Source: Lytechinus pictus (lineage: Eukaryota). Taken from it: 64,000 nucleotides of DNA. The notes under the pieces were generated by a model. That model did not search any database. It saw only the letters and a list, made by a program, of their open reading frames with translations, and had not been told where the DNA came from. Numbering within the stretch: position 1 is the stretch's first letter; every line of letters starts with the position of its first letter. The position numbers and the translations under genes were made by a program. Below are positions 26,228 to 40,331 of the stretch, in pieces. The DNA is taken from contig NC_087252.1 in the NCBI RefSeq assembly GCF_037042905.1, positions 22,136,001 through 22,200,000 of the forward strand, written 5' to 3'.

Positions 26228-27340
26228 GAATGAATGAATAAATGGATGGATGGATGAATGAATGAAGGAATAAATGGATGGATGGATGAATGAATAAATG
26301 ATAAATGGATGAATGAATGAATGAATGGATGGATGAATGAATGAATGAATAAATGGATGAATGAATGAATGGATGGATGAATGAATAAATGGATGAATGA
26401 ATGAATGAATAAATGGATGAATGAATGAATGAATGGATGGATGGATGGATGAATGAATGAATGAATGGATGAATAAATGGATGAATGGATGAATGAATGA
26501 ATGGATGGATGGATGAATGAATGAATGAATAAATTGATGAATGAATGAATGGATGGATGAATGAATAAATGGATAAATGAATGAATGAATGAATGAATAA
26601 ATGGATGAATGAATGAATGAATGAATGAATGAATGGATGGATGAATGAATGAATGAATGAATGGATGAATAAATGGATGAATGGATGAATGAATGAATGG
26701 ATGGATGAATGAATAAATGGATGGATGGATGAATGAATGAATGAATGGATGGATGGATGAATGAATGAATGGATGAATGAATGAATAAATGGATGAATGA
26801 ATGAATGGATGGATGAATGAATAAATGGATAATGAATTAATGAATGAATGAATGAATGGATGGATGGATGGATGGATGAATGAATGAATGAATGAATGAA
26901 TGGATGAATAAATGGATGAATGGATGAATGAATGAATGGATGGATGAATGAATGAATGAATAAATGGATGAATGAATGAATGGATGGATGAATGAATAAA
27001 TGGATAAATGAATGAATGAATGAATGAATGGATGAATGAATAAATGGATGAATGAATGAATGAATAAATGGATGGATGAATAAATGAAATAAATGAATTA
27101 GAGAATGAATGAATGAGTGAATAAATGATTGAATTATTGAATGAGTGAGTGAATGAATGATTAATTGATTGAATGAATGAATAAGTAAATGATTGATTGA
27201 TTGATTGACTGACTGAATGAATGGATGAATGAATTAATAAATGAATGATTGATTAATTGAATGAATAAATGGATAAAGGAATAAATGGATGAAGGAATGA
27301 ATTAAAGAATGAATCAATAAGTAAATAATTGATTTAATGA
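26228..27340. repeat. (GAAT/GGAT)n compound microsatellite of about 1.1 kb abutting the exon 4 donor
   Basis: Read directly from the sequence. Confidence 0.95.
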
Positions 27341-27345
27341 CTTAC

Positions 27346-27433
27346 CCTTTACAAATTCAGGGTTTAGAGAAATATCGTTCCTGGGTGGTGGATCCCAACA
27401 GAACCCTAGGCTCTTACAAATTTCTTCCGACGT
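27346..27433 (-). CDS. Saposin precursor exon 4 (SapB-1 C-terminus and linker)
   Basis: tatatag|TSEEICKSLGFCWDPPPRNDISLNPEFVK+G|gtaagt. ICxxLGxC is the typical saposin C-terminal motif. Confidence 0.84.
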
Positions 27434-28502
27434 CTATATATGGAGAAGACAGAACGTTCGTGTAAAACGTGATAAATAAGGGTCACGTATTGGCTTTCTG
27501 CAGTGATTAGTGTCATCTTTCATCACTTTCCTCTAATTTTGTTCATTTTTTCCCTTTTTCCTTGGTCTTGGAACTAGAGGCAAACCCCATCTATACTCCA
27601 GCGGACTAATATGATTAAGCCTTGATCTCTTATCTACACTGTAAAAAAAAATGGGTAAAATTTTAACCAGCACGAGGGTAACTGTGTCCAACCAATTTGA
27701 GGCAGTATTTTATCCAGCGCGCGGGAATCATGTTGGCCAGTAAGGTTAAAAAAAATAAGCAGCATCTATTTTAGAATGGGCAAAATTTTCATCACACTAG
27801 ATAAATAAAAATGCCCCCAAAATGCCGAATGTTGGTTAGACATATAATTACCCTCATGGAGCATTTTACCAAATATTTTTTTTTTTTTTTTTTTGGGGGG
27901 GGTAAGATGTCTTTGAGGCAATTCTGGGGAGCGTTTCATGAAAGGACTTGTCGGATGTTTTATCTGACAAGTTCCATTTTATGCGACAGTTACCATAGTA
28001 ACAGTGCTTCTTAGCCAATCAAAATCAAGGAAAGTTGTCAGACAAAAATGTTGATGAAATGCTCCCCTAATTCGATACGATAAATGCAAGCTAAGCCTTA
28101 AGGGACCGTGAGAAACCATCAATACTCTATCTCCGAATGAGATAGCCTTTGATAGCCAAGGCATTCGGCACTGTTATATTCCTAAACACGCCCCAAATGC
28201 GCCTTAAATCATAGGCTAACATGCGAGGCGATCACTATTTTAAATGCACATTTCCCTAGTCTGTATTTTCAAACCCTGGATTGGCATACAAGCAGATGAC
28301 TAATAATGATCTTCTACATGGTTTAAAATTATGCAGGGATATTCAAATCCCTTGAAATTCATTTCTGATTTTCTTGTTGGTTAATAATTTCCTTCTTTTC
28401 CATACAAAGTAAAAACATTGAATAGTGTATATTTTGCCAATTACCTAAACTACAAATGTTGCGTTGAAATTTACCCTTTAAAACATGCATTTTGCCCAAT
28501 AT

Positions 28503-28826
28503 CAGGGGTGGAAATTTCTCCCAAAAGGTGGGGGGGGGGGGGGGGGACAAGGGGCTGGAAAATTTGACAAGAAAAAAACGGTTATCACCCCAAATTTAAG
28601 GTCATTTCGTCGAAAATAAATTTGACAAGCAAAAAAAAAGGGTCATCATCCCAAACGTAAGGTCATCTAGTCCTAAAATACATGTTTTAATTTTTATTTT
28701 GAATGATGTATTCCTTAGCATCATAAAAGACCACAAATAGTAGGGGGACATTTGATATTGTGTCCCCCCTACTATTTTGAGTAGGGGGGACGCGTCCCCC
28801 TGTCCCCCCTGGGATTTCTGCCCATG
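28503..28826. mobile_element. hAT-type MITE
   Basis: CAGGGGTGGAAAT / ATTTCTGCCCATG; TSD CCCAATAT. Confidence 0.8.
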
Positions 28827-28949
28827 CCCAATATGGAGTAAAAATAAATCACCAAGCAAACATGCATGTTTCCATTTTACCCAATATTGGTTAAAGTTTT
28901 TCTTTGATTTTTTTTTAGTTTAGGTAGGCATAGGCGATTCAATTATTAC

Positions 28950-29042
28950 CTCTAGGTCTGAACTGATTCCAATGGCAGCATCAGCCAGTCTTTCGCACAA
29001 TTCGTCTTCGTAATCTTGGTCAACTGCATCACGGCAAGAACG
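28950..29042 (-). CDS. Saposin precursor exon 3 (SapB-1 middle)
   Basis: ttttcttaaag|RSCRDAVDQDYEDELCERLADAAIGISSDLE|gtaata; 93 nt, phase 0-0. Confidence 0.8.
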
Positions 29043-30395
29043 CTTTAAGAAAAAATAAACCAAAAAGGAATTAAACATTTATCCTGATTTATTATCATAT
29101 ACACCTTTGTCTTTTGTTATGTACATGAAATGCAATACTTTTATTATGATGATGACGATATTGGCGAGAGGAGGATGGTGATGAATATAATAATAATATC
29201 AATAATGATGATGATGATGATAATAATGATAAAGATAATAATGATAATAATAACAATAATAGTGATAACAACAACAGGGTGATCAGATTTCACAAAATGA
29301 AATACGGGACAATCGACATAAAAAAATCAACAAAGAAGGCTATACACAGTGTTGATATAAAGAATTGGAAGGGAGGGTGAACGAAAGAATGAAGGAGAGA
29401 AAAAAAGAGACTGAAGGGGAAAATGAAGGGAAAAAAATAAAATAAAAGAAAGTTAGAATAAAAGAAGGATGAAAGAAAGAATAAAAGAGAGAAAAAGGGT
29501 TTCCGTCATTCTTTAAATTGAATATAGAAAGTAAAAAAGAAAGGAAGGGAATATGAATAAATGTGTGAAAGACAAAATAAAGGAGAGAAAAACAGTAAGA
29601 AAAAAGAGGAGGAAAGAAAAAAATGAAGGAAAGTCATGTTTCCTTCATTCTTTGAAAGAAAGAAGAAAAACTGGAAGGGAGGAAGCAAGGAAGGGAGGGG
29701 AAAAAGAAATAAAGAATAAGCGAAAATATAAAATAAATAATGACAGGAAGGAGGAAAGAATGAAGGGAGGACAGAATGAAAAAAAAAGAAAATAATGGGA
29801 GGAGAGAAAGAACGAAAAGAAGAGGGAGAATGAAGCAAAGAAAAGTTTAAGGAAAAAAAGAATGAAGGAAATAAAAAAGGAAATTTAATAAAGAAGGCAG
29901 GTAAGAGAAAGAAGGAAATAAAGAAAAATGAACACACAGAGAAAAAAAGGATCAGGAAAGAAAAATAAGAAATAACGATAGATGGAACAAAACAGAGCAA
30001 GCAGGAAGGATAGAAAAGGAAAAGGAAAAAGTTCAAACTTCAAGCAAACAAAACAATCCAATCATCTCACAAAAATCATGATATTTGGTGTTTTTTAATT
30101 TAAAAAAATTTATAAATGAATAAAATTTCAAAGTGAGACATTGTCAACTTAAAAATTAGATGAAGCATCGCGGCATGATACACAACAAGACTCAAAACAA
30201 AAGCTGAAACATTAGCAACTCCAAATCAGTACTCTAAGAATCAATAATAAAATTGTACAAATTTTCCGCCGATTTTTGTGATTGTTTTGGTGGAAAAATT
30301 GTTTATCATGTCATTGTTTGCACTATTGAGAATCTGCTCCGATCCTAATTGCCTAGCTAGTACCTGCCACACACAGGCAGGAGGCCAGTTCGTTT

Positions 30396-30959
30396 CCGGG
30401 GGGGGGGGGGCACTTCCATTGTCGAGTGGATACCATGCGCGACCACGGGGTCTTGAAAAGCACCTTAAACATGTATTTTCCATATTCTGAAAATGCACCC
30501 CTTAACAAGTATTGTCTTGTGAAACCATACCCTTAACAAGTACTGGAAACAAAACGATACCCTTGGCAAGTATTCCTCGAAATGAACCCCTAAACAAGTA
30601 CAGCGATATTTTATTGTTAGGTCGTTTTGCCTTTATTCAACATTATTTTGGTCTAGTACCAGGGGCCCCACCTCCCACACCTCGCGCAAATCGGACTTTA
30701 AACACGTACGTGTTGGGGCAGAAAGGACATCCTTTATAAAACATTTTGATTTTGTTTCATCATCTCCGCATATTTGACCCTAAACACGTATATTTTTCCG
30801 AGCGAAATAGATACCCTATTTTCAATATTTTTGTGTTTTTGATACCCTTATCACGTTACGTACGTAACGAGCCCTATCTTGAAAAAGACATCCTTTTTAC
30901 GTGTTTTTTGGTCGCGCATGGTATCCACTCGTCAATGTAAGTGCCCCCCCCCTCCCGGG
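30396..30959. mobile_element. CCCGG-ended MITE (same family as 20513-25761)
   Basis: TIRs of about 50 bp; 8-bp TSD GTTCGTTT. Confidence 0.87.
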
Positions 30960-31552
30960 GTTCGTTTGCAATGTATTGGGTTAGCAAGAAAATCACCGCA
31001 GAACTTGCAAAGGTTTACAAAGGTTTAGTTATTGATTTTATTGTTGTCTCTGCTTCGTCATCTGTTGGTTATTTGATGAAAATTCGTCACTTTTAAATGT
31101 ATTAGACCTATTTACATTTTTTTTCAATATTCTGAAATACGGGACAAATAGGCGTCCCGGGAGCGCGTTTCCGTTTTACACCCTGGCGAAGGCAATCTCC
31201 GTAAAAATAGCTACAAAGCGACTAGTGAAGAGTCTACACACGTCGCTGGATGCACATAACACTGCACCGCATGCAATAATAGCAGAGTTCATTGGCTACA
31301 CGTACAGAGAGCAGTCATATGAATTAAATCCGAACATATTTTGCAGTGGCGTTTGTATTCCGATACACAAGGAGGTGAAAAACCTACAATTCGGGCAATA
31401 GCCAAAATTAATTTAGTAAGCAGTAATAATAATGATAAGACAAGAATAATAACAATAGTACAAAACGAAGGAGAATCTACAGCATCATACAAGTCCAGTT
31501 GTTTTAAATTGTTTCAAAATGATTCTAAACGATGAATTAAAATAGGCTGCTT

Positions 31553-31571
31553 CTGCTACGACTATACTATA

Positions 31572-31637
<66 letters not shown>

Positions 31638-31649
31638 GTACTATACTAG

Positions 31650-31684
<35 letters not shown>

Positions 31685-33271
31685 GTACTATACTAGTACT
31701 ACTACTACTACTATAATAATAAAAATAATAATAATAATCTTACATGTAATAATAATATTGATGATGATAAGAAGAAAACTTGGAAGAAGAAGAAGGTCGA
31801 AGGTGAAGAAGAACAAGAACAAAAAGAATCATTCATTATGAAAAATACGAGACATTTGGCATCCTCCTGCGCGTACGCACGGGCGTCCGTCGATATAACA
31901 CATGGTATTTTTATGAAAATATGCACCATTTTTCTTAAAAGTTGCATGATGGAGAGGGGGAAAAATTAATCGTATCAAGTCGGGGCGTTCAGTAATGAGG
32001 ACAGGAGAAACTATATTTCACTGATTTTCATGATTCATCCCATTTGATTAACTCATCTATTCGTGTTTTGGGGCTAATCTTTCCCTTACGCATTGCTTTT
32101 TTGCAGAAGTTCTATGGAAAATGTACCTTTTTTAACACAAAATTTTGAGACACTCTGTATTCATTTTCCCATTGCTCGAGAATGAATGGGCAGTTAACGA
32201 CGGGGTGAAAGATTTATTGAAGAATGGAATGTATATTTCACGAAAATGAAAGCCATTTCCCCATTGGATGTTATCTTCAATACGTGTTTTTTAGATGAAG
32301 TTAGTTGTCGAATCGGCTCTTCTGGCATTTGAGGTCTCTATCGGTGACGTCACTCAGAATCGTCATGCCTGAACCATCGGCCGGGCAGGGGTCGCAATGG
32401 TAGTATGACTCACGCATAATGCACTGGATATATACAATAATCTTGTCCTCCGGGCTTGTCCTCTCGTTCAAATGAATGTGAAACTCATATAATTTTCATC
32501 AGAGCATTCAACATGAGTACTGTAGTTAACATTTCTTTGTTATAAGTGAATTAAAGTCCCTCCAGTGAGTTTGATCACCCCTATTGTAAAAATGTATCAC
32601 TCCCCAAGTTGTAACACAGTCAGCTGTTTGCACTCAGGGTCACTCCGTGACCTGTGTGTGCGTTCAAGAGATGTACACGATTTTCTGTCTCATTTAGGCA
32701 GAAATCTTTCATAATATACTTATAAATAATTAATAATATACTACTACTACTCACTACTACTACTACTACTACTAGTACTATACTAGTACTACTACTACTA
32801 CTACTATAATAATAATAAAAATAATAATAATCTTACATGTAATAATAATATTGATGATGATAAGAAGAAAACTTGGAAGAAGAAGAAGGTCGAAGGTGAA
32901 GAAGAACAAGAACAAAAAAATGTAATACTTATAAATAATTAATAATATACTACTACTACTCACTACTACTATACTACTACTCCTACTACTACTACTACTT
33001 CTACTACTACTACTATACTAGTAATAATCTTACATGTAATACTACTACTACTACTACTACTACTACTGCTACTACTACTACTACTACTACTACTATTAGT
33101 ACTACTACTACTACTATAATAATAAAAATAATAATAATCTTACATGTAATAATAATATTGATGATGATAAGAAAAAGAAAACTTGGAAGAAGAAGAAGGT
33201 CGAAGGTGAAGAAGAACAAGAACAAAAAGAATGTAATACTTATAAATAATTAATAATATGCTACTACTACT

Positions 33272-33304
<33 letters not shown>

Positions 33305-33860
33305 CTACTACTACTACTACTACTACTACTCACTACTACTACTACTACTACTACTACTCACTACTACTACTACTAATACTACTACTCCTACTACTACTAC
33401 TACTTCTACTACTACTACTACTATACTAATAATAATAATAATCTTACATGTAATACTACTACTACTACTACTACCACTACTACTACTACTACTACTATAC
33501 ACTATTTCTATACTATTCTGTTCATAAAAACCATGGCGCTAACAACAATAATAATAATAAAAATAGTGATAATAATAATAATAGTAATCATGATAATATT
33601 GACAAACTATGTAATTCATAACAGTTTCAAAATGATGCTAATGATAATAAAGTATACTAATTCTACTACTACTAATCATGATAAAAATATGATGATAATA
33701 ATAATGATTATTATAATAATGATAACAATAATAAATAATAAAAATAATAATATCGATAATTTATAACTATATTAACTACTATATTGTACTATTACTACTA
33801 CTACCACGACGACGACTACTAATAATACTAATTTAATAATACTACTAAAATAATCACCGC
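31553..33860. repeat. (TAC)n/(TAA)n microsatellite region with a triplicated ~130-bp unit
   Basis: Unit ...aatcttacatgtaataataatattgatgatgataag...gaaggtcgaaggtgaagaagaacaagaac at about 31710, 32800 and 33115. Confidence 0.85.
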
Positions 33861-34628
33861 TACAACTAATTATAATTATAATATGAAAACAAAGTAAAAA
33901 CTACTTGTAGCAATTTATAATCAACAAAATCATTAAAAGTGTTGTCCAGTTAGTTTCCCCTTAAAGGGATCATCCAGGCTGAAAATATTTCTATTTTAAT
34001 AAATAGAGTAAAATTCACAGAGCAAAATGCTGAAAATTTTATCATAATCAGATAACAAATAATGAAGTTCCAGTTTCATCAATATCTGATAGCTGTCTAT
34101 GTTGTCGCGATAATGAGAACTGGTAACAGATGGCCAGACAAACGGTGCACAAACAGATGGAAAACATGATGCTTCCAGCAACTTCACTGTGGTAAAAAAA
34201 TCCAATCACTGTTATTGCAGTAACATTTACGGTAAGACAGACAGACATTATCATGGAACACCTGATACCATGGTTATCAGGTGTTCCTGATAAAAAGCAG
34301 TGCTTTTTAGTGGATTCCTCCATTTTCTCAGAATTTTGTTTTAATGGTTATGATATTTCGCTTATATATAATACTCTGTTTTGTTTTACTTTTACTTATA
34401 TATAAATATCATATATTGTACATGCCTCAATTTATTTTGCCTGTATGATAAGTTCATTGTAACTATTTTGACCACATATGCATTACTTTAGTCTGTTGAA
34501 AATGAAAGAAAATAAATTGAATTGAATTGAATTAATGGTGTAGACTGGAGGCATAAAGAAAGAAATAGATTCTTAAGTTTTTTTTAGGACTATCATTGGC
34601 CCCGAATATACCATCTTCAAACTACAGT

Positions 34629-36078
34629 CCCAGGACCAAAATCCAGTTAAAACCAATTAGGGTAAAACCAATTGAAACCAGTTGGCCAACTGGTTTCAAT
34701 AGGGAAATTGGAACAACTGGTTCCAATTGAAAACCAGTTGCCAATTGGTTCCAATTGAAAACCAGTTGCCAATTGGTTCCAGTTAAAACCAATGGAGCAA
34801 CTGGAACCAGTTGGCAATTTGTGTCAATTGGTTCCAGTTGTTCAAATTTCCCTATTAAAACCAGTTGAATCCAATTGGAGGCAACTGGTTTCAATTGGTT
34901 CCAGTTGAAACCAATTGGAGGCAACTGGTTTCAACTGGAACCAGTTGAAACCAATTGGTTTCCAACTGGATCCAATTGGAACTTCCAGTTGGAATGAACT
35001 TAATTATTTACAAATTAATTAGCATTTGCACTAACTATTGCTCATGCCAACACAGAAGCAGTGTTATATGTCTATTAATACCAATGTAAAGGGCATTGAT
35101 AAAATACAGACTTTCATATGTACATATATTTATATGGAAGATCTTCAAATATATGTATTTTCATTTGATGTAATTTGGTAACAGTTAGTGGTGTACTAAT
35201 TATCCTTTAATCTGTTTTAATTATAATCTATAACATTTATGAACATGGTTTTCACTGCAAAGTATTCTAAATACTTATCTTTAAAAAGTGTGGTACTTGT
35301 AATTGAAAAGAGAAAAATAGATACATTGTTAATGATGATGAATCTCATAAAACATTAATCTGTGCACACTGGCAGATAATATGCAAATTAACTGGTTTCA
35401 ATTGGATCCAGTTGGGTAACTGGAAAATTTCCAATTGGAAACCAATTGGAAATCATTTCCAGTTACCCAACTGGTTCCAGTTAGGATTTCCAGTTGCCCA
35501 ACTGGTTCCAGTTGGGATTTCCAGTTACTCAACTGGTTCCAGTTAGAAATCATTTCCAAGTGGAAGTCATTTCCAGTTACCCAACTGGTTCCAGTTAAGA
35601 TTTCCAGTTGCCCAACTGGTTCCAGTTAGGATTTCCAGTTACTCAACTGGTTCCAGTTAGAAATCATTTCCAATTGGAAGTCATTTCCAGTTACCCAACT
35701 GGTTCTAGTTAGGATTTCCAGTTGCCCAACTGGTTCCAGTTGGGATTTCCAGTTACTCAACTGGTTCCAGTTAGAAATCATTTCCAATTGGAAGTCATTT
35801 CCAGTTACCCAACTGGTTCCAGTTAGGATTTCCAGTTGCCCAACTGGTTCCAGTTGGGATTTCCAGTTACTCAACTGGTTCCAGTTAGAAATCATTTCCA
35901 ATTGGAAGTCATTTCCAGTTACCCAACTGGTTCTAGTTAGGATTTCCAGTTGCCCAACTGGTTTCAATTGGTTTCAACTGGAAATTATTAAATTCCAGTT
36001 AAGACCAATTGAAACCAGTTAAAACCAATTGAAACCAGTTGGAAATCCAACTGGTTTCAATTGGATTTTGGTCCTGGG
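34629..36078. mobile_element. CACTA/EnSpm-type (CCCAG-ended) non-autonomous element
   Basis: TIRs CCCAGGACCAAAATCCA / TGGATTTTGGTCCTGGG, 2-bp TSD GT, dense subterminal CCAGTT/CCAATTGG repeats. Confidence 0.8.
35447..35962. repeat. 114-bp tandem array (about 4.5 copies) inside the CACTA-like element
   Basis: tggaa(g/a)tcatttccag recurs at 35447, 35561, 35675, 35789 and 35903. Confidence 0.9.
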
Positions 36079-38076
36079 GTACTACAAACTACATCAAACA
36101 AACGTTTTAAAAAACCAAATGAATTCATAAGAATTTCTTGCCAACAACTGAAAACATAAATTTTATTTTAACACATATTCATCAAACTTGTAAGAATCTT
36201 AATCTTACATTACTAATTAATGCATCAACAAACATTGCCTTACTTATACCCTATAATAATGATTGCTTTTCTTTCATCTAAAAATAAATAAAGGTCTGTT
36301 TGACATCCTACTCATATAATAATGCAGTGTCATACCAACAATGGTGACGGAATGTGTTATTCTTCTTCCATGACAGTGAGAGGGCAAATTACCAGCAATT
36401 CGGCAAAGGCAAATGATCAAGGCAAACGTTCGTGTTCATGCATTTGTAGATTTGCAGATTTCTTCGGTGCGGACTTTTACATCGCGCGCCCAGCTGATAA
36501 TGTACGCAAACGTAGACTCTTCACTAGTCGCTTTTTAGCTATTTTTGCGGAGATTGCCTTCGCCAGGGTGTAAAACGGAAATGTCGTTTCCGTTTTACAC
36601 CCTGGCGAAGGCAATCTTCGCAAAAATAGCATATAATTTTAATTCATCGTTTAGGTGGAAACAACAGGGGCCCGTTTCATAAAACTTTTGACTTGCAACT
36701 GTAACATCTCCCATTTCTATGGCAAATCTTGTTATTGCAATGGCAACTTGTCATAGTTGCAAATATCCGTTTCATAAAACCAGTAACAAATTGTTATCGT
36801 AAATAAAAATAAATGAATGAAAAATAGTTCGTGAACGAGCCTGATATATGCAGCTTATACTATATATACGGTACAGCCGGTTTTTTATCTTCACACACGT
36901 CGTCTGCGATAAAATTTTGATGGTGACAGAATGTACGTAAAATTTGAATCGGAGATGTAAGTACTTTCTAATTATCGTATTTATTCAATTATTACATCAT
37001 TTGATAAAGTAATAAATAAATCACTTCCGAAAGAATGACATTGATAATACATATCATATTTCCATCGTTTTCTACGAGGTAAACATGCATTTTGCCCGGG
37101 GATATCGTGGAGGCATCATCGAGATGCCGAGTGGTCGCTATCCCTGAGCTTCGGCGTAGTACACGGCAGTAGTGTTGATGTGTGTGGGGTGGAGCTCGAA
37201 TGAGCGGCGTTGCGACTTGTCTTGAGTTGCATTTGTCTTTCTTTCTGACTTTAGTCTTTAATTACCTAATTCAGTGCGATATGTGAACAGCTGTGTGAGA
37301 GTGAGCCTTTATTTTTTTGTGGCTTGGGTTGCTGTGCACGGGCAACAAATTATCAAATATACAGTCAGAGTCAAGTCTCGAGAAGCATGGATAAATGGGT
37401 GTCTATTAGTATTGGTGTTCACGCTAACGTTTGGCCTCGGCTTGGGCATGTTTTTTTTTTTTTTTGGGGGGGGGGGGGTGACACTGTGAGGGATTGTTTT
37501 TCTTATCGTTTTCAGGGGGGGGGGGGTGGCTTGCGAGTATAAAAAGTTTGGTGGCCAGACAGTAATAAAAAAAGGCAAAATTTTTTTTTTTTAAAGCTGT
37601 GAGTTAGCAAAAATTGGGGTCTTTTTTAGAGTATCTAACTTCTAGATCTAGACTCTATACAAAATCTGATTTTGTGATGGCGGATTTCGACTAACCCAGG
37701 CAACTGCGGCCCGCTGTACGGGCTGCAGCCCGGAAGCCGTCCGTGTAATGGTTGGCAGACAAATGGTGTAGAATTGTGGTCACCATATCACCCCAAATTA
37801 AAGGGGGAAAAATTATACACTTGCCTCGATTACATGGATGAAGATCTATCGAGACACAATACTATCGTCGATGCATAAAGTGCAAGCTCAAAAAAGGCGT
37901 TCGTTCTCCTGCTTTCAAAATTGAAAACAAATCAATCAATACCGGGGCTACTTTTGCTTTTTTTAGCTTACAGTTTATGCATCGACGTTAGGATTGTGTC
38001 TCTCAATAGACCATTTTTTTTAAATTTAGACAATACAACACTTCTATGTGTGAATCATATCTAAATGCATAACTAT

Positions 38077-38505
38077 TAGTGTTGTATCCGAGGCTGGGTC
38101 AGCCGAGGCAGAGACCGCTGAAAAAAATTTGCATGTTTTTTGTTGAATTCAATTGACCATTGACCCCCCCCCCCCTCAAGAAAAAAAAATGAATAATTGA
38201 ATTAAAAAAATTGAAAATAAATAAATAGAATAAATAAAAAAAACAGGCAAAATATATATATATTAATGGTATATATAATCTATAGGAAGGGGGGGGGGTG
38301 GAATCTAGATCTAATAATAATGTGTGCATTAGAAATTGCACATTGCGTTGATGATGGACACAATGTATGTGCTGGAAATGACCGCATTTGTCAGGCCCCG
38401 GAGCCTAGACATCAAGACAGAGCGACCGAGGCCGAGACATCAGGCTTCGAGGCCGAGCGAGGACGCAAATTCTGGTCCCGAGGCTGGCCTCGGTATACAA
38501 CACTG
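38077..38505. mobile_element. hAT-type MITE nested in the Harbinger element
   Basis: TAGTGTTGTAT / ATACAACACTG; TSD ATAACTAT. Confidence 0.82.
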
Positions 38506-39337
38506 ATAACTATAGAATCAGCATGCTCTCTATACCCTACAAGATTGATAACAAAGACATATGTGTTTCAACAAGAAATAATTGGTCAACATATATATCT
38601 GAATGGGGTATTGTACAGTATGATTGATCAACCAATGATACGAGTTGTATTCTGACATTTAAATCCATGTTTCTCTTTGACCAATGTTGTCAAATAAAAA
38701 CCTTGCTTTGAGCAGAACATCCTCAAGGTGGTCTGAAATTCTATTAGAAGAAGGTACATGTACTCTTCTGTGGAAGTTCATTTTATGCTTTGACTGCTAT
38801 ATCTACAAGTTTTATTATCAATATACTAGTGTTCTGAAGTTGATGTGTTAATAATCTAATGTTTTAATGTTTATTCTACTTAAAACATAATATAGGGAGA
38901 CCAGCAGCGTGGTAGCACGAGCAAATGTTGGTTGTGATGAGGCGTATACCACCTTCACCAATGCTTCAATTGCAGGCACCACCACCACTGATGGCCCACC
39001 ACTGCTGCCACCACCAAGTCTGCTTTTGCCATTGCCACCGCCACTACCAAGACCACTCCTGACACAAGCCGCAAGTCCTCAACTGACCAGCTATTGCAGC
39101 TGGAGAAGGATAGACCCGCAACTTCAAAGCCAGGGCTTGCTGGTCTCCTACAATAAGAAAAATGCCAAGGGCCCATCTAATGAACTTGTAGCAGAATATT
39201 TGGCCACAGTTGTAGAAATGCAGAGACTAACATACTGCCACAGGTAAAAATCAATGTCAGATATGATGAATAGTCTTTGAATATGGGTTGCAAAATGAAT
39301 ATCAGTAAAACCCATCATGGTGTGCAATCTGATTTAA

Positions 39338-40024
39338 CCCTAAAAAGGCAGTGGGGGTCCAAAAATTTCCACGATAAATCCACAACGTGAAAGATGGTGC
39401 CGCGTCATTATATGCCTTTTTTTTTTAAAGATTCATGAGTTTTCAGACAAAATTTGTGACACATGGGTACCCGGTTCTGAAATTACGCAACGTTGTGTAA
39501 GTACATGTATGTCAGAATTGCTTTAAAATGTGATTTCATGAACAAATCCAATGTAAATTCTGTTTCTAGCCAAAATTCATAATTGCATCATAATGGTTAA
39601 TATTTTTTTTTACTGATTAAAATCAATTAATTTCATGGTGCTTATGATCAGAAAATTTTGTCAACAGTATAAAAAAAGTTAATAAAACAAAAACAAAGAA
39701 ATACTTTAGATAGGAAAAAAAATACAGATTAAAGGGATTTGATATCAATTAGTTTTATGTGTCTGAACAAAACAAAAAAAATTCAAGGGCTTTGTTTATA
39801 GATTTCCAGCCAAATTCTAATTTCATGCATGATTTAATCAAATATATTAATTAAAAATTAAATTTAAATAATTTTAGAATGATCAAATATACAATTTTTT
39901 CACATGTTGCAGGCATATTGCATTTCTTCACAATTGCGCAATTAACGGTCAAGTTCTTGAGGGCCCCCACCCCCGTTCCGCCCATCTTTCCTGCCTCCAA
40001 AATACCATGGCAGTCTTATTAGGG
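39338..40024. mobile_element. piggyBac-type non-autonomous element
   Basis: ttaa|CCCTAA...TTAGGG|ttag. Confidence 0.6.
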
Positions 40025-40072
40025 TTAGATTAAGTTTACATTAAGCAACCATAAAATTCTTACAATGGATTT

Positions 40073-40331
40073 CAGTGGCGTAATGAGCCAAATATTTTGA
40101 GAGGGCTTAATATGGCGGATGGAACAAAAGTTCTCCAAAGATGCGAGAGAGCGAAGGGAGTGAGCAAAATTGTTGAACTTTTAAATACAGAAATCAAATT
40201 TTTAGAAAGATTTTGACGTAATCATAAAATAATAGACTATTTCACCCTTTCCTGTTCCCTTTTTTTTCTTGGTCATGAAACATTGGGGGGGGGGGCATTG
40301 CCTACCCCCCCCCCCCATCTATACACCAGTG
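40073..40331. mobile_element. hAT-type MITE
   Basis: CAGTGGCGTA start; perfect TSD ATGGATTT. Confidence 0.8.

Larger units (their letters stand above)
31164..36583. mobile_element. Unclassified TIR element A
   Basis: TIR CGTTTCCGTTTTACACCCTGGCGAAGGCAATCTCCG...gcgactagtgaagagtctac at both ends. Confidence 0.72.

Noticed and set aside
27346..27433. Identifying the gene as centrocin because CKSLGF resembles the centrocin heavy-chain end
   Set aside because: The motif here sits in a six-Cys saposin pattern within a much longer precursor; the match is too short to imply homology.
29506..30036. 176-aa Phe/Ser/Leu-rich ORF
   Set aside because: Low-complexity purine tract inside a transposon, with no domain features.
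35447..35967. Regular 114-bp array as a CRISPR-like array or a 38-aa repeat protein
   Set aside because: Units are near-identical with no unique spacers, lie within a CACTA-like element, and the host is eukaryotic. The ORF is a by-product of the repeat.
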